From: an uncultured Gammaproteobacteria bacterium
Lineage (GTDB): Bacteria > Pseudomonadota > Gammaproteobacteria > Francisellales > CACEW01
DNA length: 62,166 bases
Direction of reading: 5' to 3'
Assembly (NCBI GenBank): GCA_902563055.1
Contig: CACEWE010000004.1
Coordinates: forward strand, 1-62,166
Shown in pieces: positions 1 through 9,940 of this stretch. The number at the start of each line of letters is the position of its first letter. The stretch's first letter is position 1. The notes under the pieces are model-generated. The model was not told the DNA's origin. It worked only from the letters and a program-made list of their open reading frames with translations, and searched no databases. Both the position numbers and the translations under genes were made by a program.

Positions 1-172
1 CAAACTTACTCGCTTTAGAGAAAATGTGATTAGTCTTTTTGATACCCTTTAACAGCAGATATACGCCCCTAAACCAGCAAAATACTTTAGCGTATGATTT
101 TATATAGGGTTAAGATGACCTCATAAGAAGGAAATGCCTGTATGTCGTCCCCCCACCTTAATACCCTAAAAA

Positions 173-1555
173 CTAAAATAAAACAAAAAATTTAAAATCA
201 AAATGTTTTTTACTCAGTATATATTTCTTTAGGCCAAAAAATAGGGTAATAAGCATTGCCGATACAGCTGTTCCTTCAATAGAGTAAAAGTACGTTGCTA
301 CAGGGATAACAACTAATGATACGCATAGTTGCTGAAGATGACTCTTAATTATTATTTTCTCGTAACCACCGTAATGTAAGAAACATGATGCCCCCTTAAA
401 TAAAAAGTAAAAACCTTCCTTTAATGTCAATAAAATCAGTATATACTTTGCCTCCATATATTGCTCTCCAAAAAGGCTCAATATCCTCTGATTCCATAAA
501 ACAAATACTATAGTAACAAAGAGTACTACTGATATACTCACCTTAAATGCCTTGTTGTAAACTAATTGTAATTCTTTTCTACTTGATTCTAATTGAATGC
601 AACAAGATATCTGGGGTTTGATCCCGATAATATAGTTATCAGCTATCAAATATAATATCGCCACTAGCGGGAATGATACACAATAAATTCCAACAAGATA
701 CTCACTTTTTATAATCAATTCAACAGCAAGCGCCTCAATCATAACATTAAACTTTCTAACAAAAGTATTTATAAAATTAAGATTGGTATATTTAGCCCAC
801 TCTGATTCACTGGAGTGATCTTTTGTTTTTCTTATAATTTCTATTTGGGCTAAGTTATATGACTGGCAATATAAGGTAAAATAATACCATGAAATAAGCG
901 CTGCAAGACAATAAGCAATGATATAAATAGCAATAATTTGAAAGGACTCTAGATATTCAGATAAATAATATACCGTAGCGTACCCTAATATCAACAAAGC
1001 AAGATTAGGGAGAATCTGTTCAAGAAATTGTGATTGCATCGAATGCCTTTGGATATTAATTTTTCTAGCGGCTAACAACGCTAAGACATAAAATGGCGTA
1101 GCAGTTAATAAACCCAATGAAAGATGATAGCGTACAAAAAAATCATGCTCTATAAATTCAAACACCGCAACAATAATGGCAAAAAATATTACGAATATAA
1201 CAAAAAAAACCATACGGGATTTAATAATAGATACGACCCATGACATAAGCATGGGCTTTTCAGAATCATTTAGAACATTGAAATAGCGCACCAAAACATT
1301 TTCAGTACCAAACAAACAAATAATTCCTCCTAATTGCAAACACAGTATGGCAATGGAAAAATCTCCATATAATGCTGTACTGACATGATGGGCTATAAAT
1401 GCTTTGAAGATAATATTTATGACAAGGCTTATAAAAATAAAAAAAATAATCCCGCTAGCAGAATGTATTTTTGTAATATGCTTCATTAACGAATCCTTGA
1501 CAATAAGGACCAGTATACAATTGAAGGGAACAGCCTTCAAGCTCAGTATCTTCAA
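173..1555 (-). CDS. Polytopic membrane protein, polysaccharide-transporter (PST/MOP, Wzx-like flippase) family-like; paralog 1 of 3
   Basis: 460-aa ORF made almost entirely of hydrophobic helices. It shares an N-terminal 'YGDFS' block, a central 'YNKAFK...LFGEQY' block and a C-terminal 'FKFFVLF' tail with ORFs 14521-15831 and 15853-17166. Confidence 0.6.
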   Translation of the reverse strand: MKILSLKAVPFNCILVLIVKDSLMKHITKIHSASGIIFFIFISLVINIIFKAFIAHHVSTALYGDFSIAILCLQLGGIICLFGTENVLVRYFNVLNDSEKPMLMSWVVSIIKSRMVFFVIFVIFFAIIVAVFEFIEHDFFVRYHLSLGLLTATPFYVLALLAARKINIQRHSMQSQFLEQILPNLALLILGYATVYYLSEYLESFQIIAIYIIAYCLAALISWYYFTLYCQSYNLAQIEIIRKTKDHSSESEWAKYTNLNFINTFVRKFNVMIEALAVELIIKSEYLVGIYCVSFPLVAILYLIADNYIIGIKPQISCCIQLESSRKELQLVYNKAFKVSISVVLFVTIVFVLWNQRILSLFGEQYMEAKYILILLTLKEGFYFLFKGASCFLHYGGYEKIIIKSHLQQLCVSLVVIPVATYFYSIEGTAVSAMLITLFFGLKKYILSKKHFDFKFFVLF

Positions 1556-1614
1556 CTAGTGACACACATACTCCCTTCATCTTTAAACACTATCCTAGGG
1601 CTAAAAAAGAGCAC

Positions 1615-1646
1615 AAAAAAAATGCCCCACCAGCAGGCAGGGCATT
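1615..1646 (-). terminator. Rho-independent terminator downstream of the chitinase gene
   Basis: On the minus strand, AATGCCC-N12-GGGCATT (7-bp stem, 1621-1627/1640-1646) runs straight into a T-run (A-run 1615-1622 on the + strand). It begins about 22 nt after the stop at 1669. Confidence 0.55.
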
Positions 1647-1668
1647 AATAGTATTGAGCCACAAAGAT

Positions 1669-3621
1669 TTACGATGTCATTTTACAGCTTTCACCCCACT
1701 TACTGATAAATGTCACATCAGTATCTTGCGTCAGACGATCAATTTTTGAATTATCACAAGTTAGCTTATGGTCCTTATCAAATTCTAATCCAACAGAGGC
1801 AATTCCACTTGTAATTAATTTTGGCGCAAAGGAACTATTAAGCGACGCATAGCGTCCCTCATCACCAGCCCCTACAACTTGTGTTGTGCCGTCTACATAA
1901 TTAATATCAAAAGCCTTTACCCAGGAATCTTTACTGCGTAACGTAAGCGTATATGATTTCGGCAAGGGGTCAAGTGCAGCAATCTTCTTACAATCGCGAC
2001 CAGCAAAACCCCAGTTAAAAGCATTCATTAAAGATTGTTGGTTGCTCGGAGGTAGATCTCCAAGCATTTCCCACATAATCGCGCCTTTTAATCCTTCATC
2101 TTTTGCATATTGACCATATGTACAAGCATCCTGTGCAGATAAATAACTTATAAATACATTATTAAATCCACCATTTTGAGGGTATTGTTTTTGAATACCC
2201 TGTGGCGTAGTGCCATTAAATTTTTTCGCAGTGCTTACTGTAAAGCTTTCTGCATAAGCAGTAGTGGCTGCCACTGTTGTATCTAAGTCATCAGTAAGAT
2301 GATCTGTTGCTGTAAAACCATGGCCTAGCATATTATTAATAATATATCGGTAGGTAAAGGTTCCAGAACATGAGACTTGACCTGAAGATGGCTTCGTACC
2401 TGGAAAACAGTAGTGCGGATCATTAGACTCACCACTACTTGCAATAGGGTCTAGATCACCAGGAAGTATGGGGCGATCATGGTCTGAAATATATTGACCC
2501 AAGCCACTATTATCACCTTTTTCTACATCTCCAATAGCTGCTCGCTCATAACTTGGAATGCCAATTCTTATAATGCTCGCAGGAATTTTTTGACCTTCTG
2601 CAGCTTTCACTGCATCATCGACAGAAAATTTAGAATAGTCATCATTATGCAAATTACTACTGTAGCTTGTTGTATCACTAAATGCCCCAGAAAAATCATA
2701 GGTCATCAAATTAACCCCATCTAACTCTTTAATAATTGGTGTATCCCCTGCCACTAAAGCCGGGCCAATAATATTTTTAATCAACTTAGGATCGGCCTGA
2801 ATAGTAAGTGATACGTTTAAAGTTTTTAATTCTGCATTACTTTTAATAGCAGTAACAATTTTGCTAAAAACCCCTTCACTAAAAAACTTATTAAACTTGC
2901 TATGATCACTATCATCATCAGGGAAATTATTTTCAATATCTAAATCAATACCGGTTATATTATCAAATTGTTCTGTATCAAATTGTTCTTTTATAGCTTG
3001 TAGGCTTTTTACAAATGTATTAATAGCACCTTCCTTCTTAAATACGTCGTAATAATTTACACTTGTAATCCAACCACCAATACTAATATTAAAAGCTTTA
3101 GATGCTTTATGCATTTGGTTTTGCGCTGCATCAAAATTTCCATAATGTAGGTTTTTAGACTCTGCCCCATTACAAATCTCAGAATGGTTCTGACAAAATT
3201 TTCCTTCACTTTTTTCACCTTCATCATTTTTTAAATCTGCCCAAGCATCAGAAAACTGTAAGGATCCATTTTCATCAACTTGCAAAAATGCATAGCTTAA
3301 GCCATCAATAGCGCGTACTTTGTCGCGAAAATCTTGATTGCTTTGACTGTTTAAGTCAGGAGCTTGCTCCACACATCCCTCATTAATAGGAACACCAGGA
3401 GCTGCAGCTCCTGCAACAGGGTAGTTTGGCTCTGCTATCGCGTGACCAGCCTTTGACTCATCACCACCTTCTGCTCTAGGATTACATGGGTTATTAAAAT
3501 ATACGCTGTAATTGGTATAGTATGCCTCTACTGCAGGAGCTGGGGCATCTGCTAAAGCAAAAGAACTTGCCAATGCGGCTACACAGAGTATGGTGGTTTT
3601 TTTGATGGTTTGCGATTTCAT
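1669..3621 (-). CDS. Secreted glycoside hydrolase family 18 (chitinase-like) protein
   Basis: 650-aa ORF with an N-terminal signal peptide (MKSQTIKKTTILCVAALASSFALA). It has the GH18 catalytic block 'ITGIDLDIENNF' (DxDxE) plus 'NLMTYDF' and 'GAIMWEM' family blocks. Confidence 0.75.
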   Translation of the reverse strand: MKSQTIKKTTILCVAALASSFALADAPAPAVEAYYTNYSVYFNNPCNPRAEGGDESKAGHAIAEPNYPVAGAAAPGVPINEGCVEQAPDLNSQSNQDFRDKVRAIDGLSYAFLQVDENGSLQFSDAWADLKNDEGEKSEGKFCQNHSEICNGAESKNLHYGNFDAAQNQMHKASKAFNISIGGWITSVNYYDVFKKEGAINTFVKSLQAIKEQFDTEQFDNITGIDLDIENNFPDDDSDHSKFNKFFSEGVFSKIVTAIKSNAELKTLNVSLTIQADPKLIKNIIGPALVAGDTPIIKELDGVNLMTYDFSGAFSDTTSYSSNLHNDDYSKFSVDDAVKAAEGQKIPASIIRIGIPSYERAAIGDVEKGDNSGLGQYISDHDRPILPGDLDPIASSGESNDPHYCFPGTKPSSGQVSCSGTFTYRYIINNMLGHGFTATDHLTDDLDTTVAATTAYAESFTVSTAKKFNGTTPQGIQKQYPQNGGFNNVFISYLSAQDACTYGQYAKDEGLKGAIMWEMLGDLPPSNQQSLMNAFNWGFAGRDCKKIAALDPLPKSYTLTLRSKDSWVKAFDINYVDGTTQVVGAGDEGRYASLNSSFAPKLITSGIASVGLEFDKDHKLTCDNSKIDRLTQDTDVTFISKWGESCKMTS

Positions 3622-3836
3622 AAGCGTCCTTTTTTTAAAATAGAAATTAAATCGGCCGCATTTTAACCTAAAAACGTACTAAATGCAATATTTTTATATT
3701 ATATTTATTTATTGACATTTTGATGTAAACACATACCTAACCCCCTCATGGCTTCACAAGATCTTTGGAACTTCTAGTATTTTAGCGAGATATTTTTTTT
3801 GAGATCTAGAAATTTTAGACTACAATTAGAGTATAG

Positions 3837-4445
3837 ATGCAAAAAATGAGGGGAAAAGTGATGAATGAACATGAAAATGAGCAATTAAGCTTACAAAACC
3901 AATTTTTGGTAGCCTTGCCTACGCTAAAAGATTCCTTGTTTTCTGGCGGTTTAGTCTTTATATGCCAGCACGATCATTCTGGATCTATGGGCTTGATAGT
4001 GAATCAAAAAACCAATACCTCCTTAAAACAAATTCTTGATCACTTAAGCATTCCAACTCAAAAAATGCTCGATAAACACGACAATAGTGTCTTAGCCGGT
4101 GGTCCTATTCAACAAGATAGCGGTTTTGTGATTCATAGAAATCGCGGCGCAGCATGGAAAAACTCTTTTATTGTTAGCCCACATATCTCTATTACCACCT
4201 CCAAAGATATTTTAGAATCTATAGCGCAAAATCACGCACCAAACAATGTTGTCTTTGCCCTTGGTTGCACCGGCTGGGAAGCTGGGCAGCTAGAGCAAGA
4301 AATTAAAGATAATTTTTGGTTACCCCTAGAGGCAAATACTGATATACTATTTGATCTTCCACCAGAACAGCGATTACAAGCAGCACTTGGCTCTATTGGC
4401 ATTAGCAATATGGCACAGCTAAGCTTCTTACAAGGACATGCCTAA
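3837..4445 (+). CDS. yqgE: YqgE/AlgH family protein (UPF0301)
   Basis: 'LVALPTLKDSLFSGGLVFICQHDHSGSMGLIVNQ' is typical of the family. A GAGGGG Shine-Dalgarno favours the internal ATG at 3861 as the true start. ruvX follows, as is common. Confidence 0.85.
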   Translation: MQKMRGKVMNEHENEQLSLQNQFLVALPTLKDSLFSGGLVFICQHDHSGSMGLIVNQKTNTSLKQILDHLSIPTQKMLDKHDNSVLAGGPIQQDSGFVIHRNRGAAWKNSFIVSPHISITTSKDILESIAQNHAPNNVVFALGCTGWEAGQLEQEIKDNFWLPLEANTDILFDLPPEQRLQAALGSIGISNMAQLSFLQGHA

Positions 4446-4875
4446 TTCTACCTCTTCACCAAGCATTGTAAAACCAATGGGCTTTGATTATGGTCATAAA
4501 CGCATTGGCGTGGCTATAGGGCAAGGTATAACCAATACGGCAACACCCGTTGCGATTGTAAATGCTAAAAATGGTGAGCCATGCTGGCAAGAAATTCAAA
4601 AGCTTATTCAAAAATGGCGTCCAAGCATTTTATTAATTGGTATGCCACTGCACATGGATGGTGCACAACCAAAACAAATAGAAGCCATTGAAACCTTTAA
4701 AGCACAATTACAAGAGCACTGTGATTTAGACATTGAGTATGTAGATGAACGCCTCACCACTCAAGAAGCGCGCTCGCAATTGCGTGAAAAGGATAAACAT
4801 AATCGCGAGCCGGTAAAAAAAGTCGATGCCTATGCCGCATGCTTGATTGTACAAAGCTGGTTAAACGAGCATTAA
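4438..4875 (+). CDS. ruvX: Holliday junction resolvase-like nuclease RuvX (YqgF)
   Basis: 'GFDYGHKRIGVAIG' is the RNase-H-fold N-terminus of this family. Its ATG overlaps the yqgE stop (ATGCCTAA). Confidence 0.9.
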   Translation: MPNSTSSPSIVKPMGFDYGHKRIGVAIGQGITNTATPVAIVNAKNGEPCWQEIQKLIQKWRPSILLIGMPLHMDGAQPKQIEAIETFKAQLQEHCDLDIEYVDERLTTQEARSQLREKDKHNREPVKKVDAYAACLIVQSWLNEH

Positions 4876-4899
4876 TGCCCTTTAGCCCCAAAGGGCATT
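4874..4899 (+). terminator. Terminator-like hairpin at the end of ruvX
   Basis: Perfect 10-bp stem AATGCCCTTT/AAAGGGCATT with a 6-nt loop, overlapping the ruvX stop codon. No clear U-tract follows, so function is uncertain. Confidence 0.35.
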
Positions 4900-4974
4900 C
4901 TATGGTGATGCTTGCAATGATAGCGTGAATGCGGCACAATATTTTCACTTATTCTTTGTACACAGCAACTTCTT

Positions 4975-5580
4975 ATGGCCAATACCCACAATACCTTCGG
5001 CGGCAGCGCCGCCCACCTGATGCGCAGGTCCATCCATATCCTAAGTGGATTATTACCTTTTGTGTATTACCACTTCCTAGCCCTAATTCCACAACATCTT
5101 GTGATATCAGGCCCACAATTGATCAGTGCCATTATTATGATTAATATCCTTATTGAAGCGATACGACTACGCTTTAGAGTTATTCTTCCTGGACATCGCG
5201 ATTATGAACGCATGCAGCCTTCTTCACTCGCTTGGGGACTGCTTAGCATGTGCATGGTTATCCTCGTTGTGCCAGGAGGTTCTGCCTATGCCATACCGAT
5301 CATCCTTGGTTACGCCTTAGTTGATCCGCTTCTTGGTGAATGTAGATTTAGAAAAATGTCTGTAACAAAAGTGCGTATCATTGGTATAATAGCCCTTAGC
5401 ACCATCTGGCTTTTAAGTAGTTATTTTATCGGCACCCTCTGGTGGTTCTTCTTATTTATGGCCCCTATTACCTTAGCTGCCGAGCATCCAAATTTAAAAT
5501 ATGTTGACGATAATGCGATGATGCAATTGATCCCTTTAGCAATTTGCTTGATTCTAGCACCATGGTTAGGCATGATGTAA
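4975..5580 (+). CDS. Hypothetical integral membrane protein
   Basis: 201-aa ORF with about 5-6 hydrophobic helices and no diagnostic motif recognised. Confidence 0.5.
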   Translation: MANTHNTFGGSAAHLMRRSIHILSGLLPFVYYHFLALIPQHLVISGPQLISAIIMINILIEAIRLRFRVILPGHRDYERMQPSSLAWGLLSMCMVILVVPGGSAYAIPIILGYALVDPLLGECRFRKMSVTKVRIIGIIALSTIWLLSSYFIGTLWWFFLFMAPITLAAEHPNLKYVDDNAMMQLIPLAICLILAPWLGMM

Positions 5581-5603
5581 CATTAATTTTTAATAACTAC
5601 TTT

Positions 5604-7070
5604 ATGTCAAGCACCCCCCAAAGACCACAAAACATCTCTAAAAACCTTACTGCAATCTACGCCATTCAAACTACTTCAATACTTGCATTTGCTATTTTAT
5701 TCTCAACCCTCGTTTTATACATGACCCAAAAAATGGGCCTAAGCGCTAAATTTGCCAATGCTATTATGGGCGGTTTTGTTGCTTTTCGTTACGGCCTTCA
5801 CCTGCTTGGTGGCTATTTCAGCGGCCGTTGGCTTAGTAACCGCAAAATTTTTAGTATTGGGGTTCTTTTACAAATTCTCGCCTGCTTCTTCTTGATGGAT
5901 ACAAGCTTAAACCACTTTTATCTTGGATTATCTTGCTTCTTACTGGGTGTTGGACTAAATATGACCTGTATCAATATGATTCTTACCCAACTGTTTGATG
6001 CCAAAGACAAACGCCGCGAAAGTGCCTTCCTAATTAACTACTCCTTTATGAATATCGGGTTTCTTTTAGGGTATTCTCTAGCTGGTTATTTTCAACTTAA
6101 ACAAGACTTCTTAAGCCTGTTTTGGATCTGTATTACTGCTAATCTTGTAACACTGTTTCTTACCTTCTGCTCTTGGTCCCTAATCAAAGACTACAGCACC
6201 CAGCTGATTGAAATTGCAAAAACTCATGGTAAGAAGAAGGTTTTTACTCGCAGCATTATTGGCCTTGTATTAATTATGGCCATGATTCCTGTGCTGAATA
6301 TTTTACTACAACACATTCAACAAAGTAATGCCTTTGTTCTCATAATCTCCGGTGTGGTCTTTGCTCTTTTGTTTATTCTCTCCTTTAGCCAAAGGAATAA
6401 AAGTGCCCGTGATAAAATGCTTGCCTATATTATCTTTGCAATAGGCGCTCTGGCATTTTGGACCCTTTATGATCTTGTGCCTATGGGTCTTACCTTGTTT
6501 GCGCAGTACAACGTCGACCGCGTAGTGATGGGTATTGAAATTGCTCCGCAATGGATTCAAGAGGTCAATTCCATCATTATTATCCTCGGCGGACCGCTTT
6601 CTATCATAGCCTTAAAAGCCATCCGTAAACGGTATTATTTTTCCTTACCGCAACAGTTTGCCCTGGCTATTTTTCTCATCGGCAGTGGCTATTTACTACT
6701 GAATCTTGGCATACATTTTGCTAATGCCCAAGGCTATGTTGACTTCATCTGGATTGTACTATGTTACGTATTCCAAAGTTTTGGAGAACTGATGATTGGC
6801 CCTATTGGTTATGCAATGATTGGCCAATTAGCGCCAGAAAAACTTCAAGGTATTATGATGGGAAGTTGGATGATGGTTGTAGGAGCTGGAGGTGTACTGG
6901 CAAGCTATAGCTCAAACTCTGCCATTTCAAGCATGCATGGCACCAATCCGCTCACTACCAACCCAGGCTATGGCCATGTTTTTGGAAGCTTAGGACTACT
7001 TGCCGTTATTGTGTCACTGGTGATGGCATTATTAATGCCAAAACTAAAGCACTTAATTCATGAAAAATAA
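5604..7070 (+). CDS. MFS transporter, proton-dependent oligopeptide transporter (POT/PTR2)-like
   Basis: Polytopic ORF of about 488 aa. Blocks such as 'FSTLVLYMTQ' and 'GGYFSGRWLSNRK' resemble POT signatures. The ORF opens at 5544, but ATG 5604 avoids overlapping the upstream gene. Confidence 0.7.
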   Translation: MSSTPQRPQNISKNLTAIYAIQTTSILAFAILFSTLVLYMTQKMGLSAKFANAIMGGFVAFRYGLHLLGGYFSGRWLSNRKIFSIGVLLQILACFFLMDTSLNHFYLGLSCFLLGVGLNMTCINMILTQLFDAKDKRRESAFLINYSFMNIGFLLGYSLAGYFQLKQDFLSLFWICITANLVTLFLTFCSWSLIKDYSTQLIEIAKTHGKKKVFTRSIIGLVLIMAMIPVLNILLQHIQQSNAFVLIISGVVFALLFILSFSQRNKSARDKMLAYIIFAIGALAFWTLYDLVPMGLTLFAQYNVDRVVMGIEIAPQWIQEVNSIIIILGGPLSIIALKAIRKRYYFSLPQQFALAIFLIGSGYLLLNLGIHFANAQGYVDFIWIVLCYVFQSFGELMIGPIGYAMIGQLAPEKLQGIMMGSWMMVVGAGGVLASYSSNSAISSMHGTNPLTTNPGYGHVFGSLGLLAVIVSLVMALLMPKLKHLIHEK

Positions 7071-7075
7071 ATGCC

Positions 7076-8530
7076 TTAACCCTTCCAAAACGTAGGGCTT
7101 AACAAGACTAAAATAGTAAAGATCTCCAAGCGGCCAAGCAACATTGCAACAATGAGAATCCACCGTGTTACATCATTAACACTACTGAAATTATTGCTCA
7201 CTGTACCTAATGCAGGACCCACATTAGCCAAACACGAAGCTGCAGCTGAAAAAGCCGATAAAACATCTAAACCTGAGGCCATAACTGCCAGCCATAAAAG
7301 AATAAAGACCATAATATAGGCGCATAAAAACGACCATAAGCTATTCATTACGCGATCAGGAATAATGGTTGAGCCAAACTTTAATGGAAACATCCCACTT
7401 GGGTGAATTAAACGATTGACCTCTCGTTTCACCTGACCTTGAAACATCATCAGGCGAATAATTTTTATACCACCGGTGGTAGAGCCAGCACAAGCTCCAA
7501 GCATACCAAGCAACATTAATAACACGGGTAAAAACAAAGGCCATACATGGAAGTAATTATCGGAAATAAAACCCGTCGTGGTTCCAAATGCCACCACCTG
7601 ATACACCCCATGCAGTATAGCCATACCCCAGGATCCATAATGACCAGTAGCCACTAATACCACAGAAAAAAGCACAAACATCATCCCATAAATAAAGATA
7701 TATTGACGAAACTCTGCATCACGCCAATACGGCATTGCACTCCTTTTAATACAGGCTAAATAATGCAAAGAAAAGTTAGCGCCGCCAACAATCATAAAGA
7801 AAATAGAAATCACATAAATAGTAGGATCGCTATAATAAGCAATGCTTGCCGTATGCGGTGCAAAGCCACCGGTGGCAATAGTGGAGAAGCTATAGGATAA
7901 GGCATCGAAAAAGCTCATGCCACACATCCAATAACTAAAAGTACATAAAATATTAAGACCACAATATAGGAGCCATAAAGCTTTTGCGGTTTCAGTAATA
8001 CGCGGGGTAAGCTTATTGTCTTTCATGGGACCTGAAATTTCAGTTTTGTACAGCTGCATTCCCCCCACACCTATCATTGGCATAATAGCTACCGCTAAAA
8101 CGATAATCCCCATTCCTCCTAAAAACTGCAGTTGCTGGCGATAGTATAAAATACTCATGGGAAAATCATCTAAATACGAAAAGGTCGTAACACCAGTAGT
8201 AGTTAAACCTGACACACTCTCAAACATCGCATCCGTTAAAGAAACATGTGGGCTATAGGCTAACATAAAGGGCAAGGCCGCAAATAAACTTAAGGTTACC
8301 CACATTAAAAACACCACCATAAAACCATCGCGCGCGCGAAGCTGTTGTCGCGTATGACGACCATAATACCAACTGAGAAACCCAATCACAAAGGTTATAA
8401 AAAAGGCCGTTGCAAATGCCATCATCGTTTGTTCATGATAGATGCTCGATACAATAATAGGGGTTAACATGCTTAAGCTAAAACCCATTAACATGATACC
8501 AAGAATTTTGAGTGAAAGTTTTAAATTCAT
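7076..8530 (-). CDS. trkH: Trk-type potassium uptake protein TrkH
   Basis: 484-aa polytopic protein with four selectivity-filter-like glycine motifs (SGLTTTG, TIATGGF, GTTTGF, GSTTGGIK). It lies directly downstream of trkA. Confidence 0.9.
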   Translation of the reverse strand: MNLKLSLKILGIMLMGFSLSMLTPIIVSSIYHEQTMMAFATAFFITFVIGFLSWYYGRHTRQQLRARDGFMVVFLMWVTLSLFAALPFMLAYSPHVSLTDAMFESVSGLTTTGVTTFSYLDDFPMSILYYRQQLQFLGGMGIIVLAVAIMPMIGVGGMQLYKTEISGPMKDNKLTPRITETAKALWLLYCGLNILCTFSYWMCGMSFFDALSYSFSTIATGGFAPHTASIAYYSDPTIYVISIFFMIVGGANFSLHYLACIKRSAMPYWRDAEFRQYIFIYGMMFVLFSVVLVATGHYGSWGMAILHGVYQVVAFGTTTGFISDNYFHVWPLFLPVLLMLLGMLGACAGSTTGGIKIIRLMMFQGQVKREVNRLIHPSGMFPLKFGSTIIPDRVMNSLWSFLCAYIMVFILLWLAVMASGLDVLSAFSAAASCLANVGPALGTVSNNFSSVNDVTRWILIVAMLLGRLEIFTILVLLSPTFWKG

Positions 8531-8542
8531 CGACTTAAACCT

Positions 8543-9919
8543 CTAAATATACGCAGGAGACACTTGAAACAAAGCCTCAATATCTGGTATATGCTTACGT
8601 TTGCTTACCAATAAAATAATACGATCTCCTTCTAATAATACCGTATCTTTCTTAGGCATATTCACCACGTCATCTCGTAAAATAGCTGCAATTTTAGTAC
8701 CGCTTGGTAGTGGAAGTTTACGCAACGGCCGCCCCACAACTTGGGAGGTTTTCTGATCACCATGGACCACCACTTCAATAGCCTCAGCAGCTCCTGAGTA
8801 TATAGCATAGACGTTCACCATATCACTTTTACGTAAATGGGTAAGAATTTTTCCCCAGGTTATTTGCTGTGGTGAAATAGCAATATCAATATCGGCACTA
8901 CGCTCAACCAAATAATGGGCATAGGTTTGACGATTCACTATCGTAATGGTACGCTTTGCGCCCAAGCGCTTGGCAACAATTGCCGACATTAAATTAGCTT
9001 CATCATCATCAGTCACCGAGCAAAAAACATCGACCTCATCAATATTTTCCGCTAATAAAATTTCTGTATCTGAAGCATCACCCTGTAAAATAACAGTTTT
9101 TTGCAATTGTGCTGATGCAGTCTGACACTGCAAGGTATTACGATCGAGAATTTTAACATGAAAATCTTTTTCCAACTTTTTCGCAAGACCCATACCAACA
9201 TTACCCCCTCCTGCAATCATCACCCGACGATTGGGCCGAATAGTGCCAAGTAAAAGACTAATCACTTGATTGGTATATGGGCTAGCCGTTACAAAAAACA
9301 GCTCATCATGCACCAATACTTCTAATTCATCTGTAGCTAATATCATTTCACCATCACGCAATACCGCCATAATTTGCGCTGGTAAGCTTTGGACTTGTTC
9401 ACTAAGCTCTTTAATATTTTGCCCTACTAAAATACTATTAGGCTCCACTGCAATAGAGGCCATTTGAATTAAACCTTCAGCAAAATCAAACACCATACTA
9501 GCACCAGGATGCTGGATCTGTCGCACCATTCTATCAATCACCAATTCAGCTGGATTAATGAGCGCATGGATATCGATATAGCCTGGTTGAAATAAGGTTT
9601 TCTCTTGACTTAACTGTGGTGCACGCACCCTAGCAATGCGCTTGGGCGTTTGGAATAAAGCCAAAGCCACCTGACAAGCAACAAGATTTGCCTCATCACT
9701 ACTAGAGACCGCAACAAGCATATCTGCCGTCTCAGCCCCTGCTGAGCGCAAAACATCTGGATATACCCCAGAACCTACAATAGTGCGTATATCAAACCGC
9801 GATTGTAACTTTAAAAGCTTTTGCTCGTCTAAATCGATAACGGTAATATCATGATCTTTACATAAACTCTCTGTTAAAGAACTACCAACCTGCCCGGCAC
9901 CTAGAATAATAATTTTCAT
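8543..9919 (-). CDS. trkA: Trk system NAD-binding component TrkA
   Basis: Two tandem RCK/KTN halves, each with a Rossmann motif ('MKIIILGAGQVGSSL' and 'VMIAGGGNVGMGLA'); 458 aa. Confidence 0.9.
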   Translation of the reverse strand: MKIIILGAGQVGSSLTESLCKDHDITVIDLDEQKLLKLQSRFDIRTIVGSGVYPDVLRSAGAETADMLVAVSSSDEANLVACQVALALFQTPKRIARVRAPQLSQEKTLFQPGYIDIHALINPAELVIDRMVRQIQHPGASMVFDFAEGLIQMASIAVEPNSILVGQNIKELSEQVQSLPAQIMAVLRDGEMILATDELEVLVHDELFFVTASPYTNQVISLLLGTIRPNRRVMIAGGGNVGMGLAKKLEKDFHVKILDRNTLQCQTASAQLQKTVILQGDASDTEILLAENIDEVDVFCSVTDDDEANLMSAIVAKRLGAKRTITIVNRQTYAHYLVERSADIDIAISPQQITWGKILTHLRKSDMVNVYAIYSGAAEAIEVVVHGDQKTSQVVGRPLRKLPLPSGTKIAAILRDDVVNMPKKDTVLLEGDRIILLVSKRKHIPDIEALFQVSPAYI

Positions 9920-9940
9920 TTTCTTCCCCCAGATTGATTC

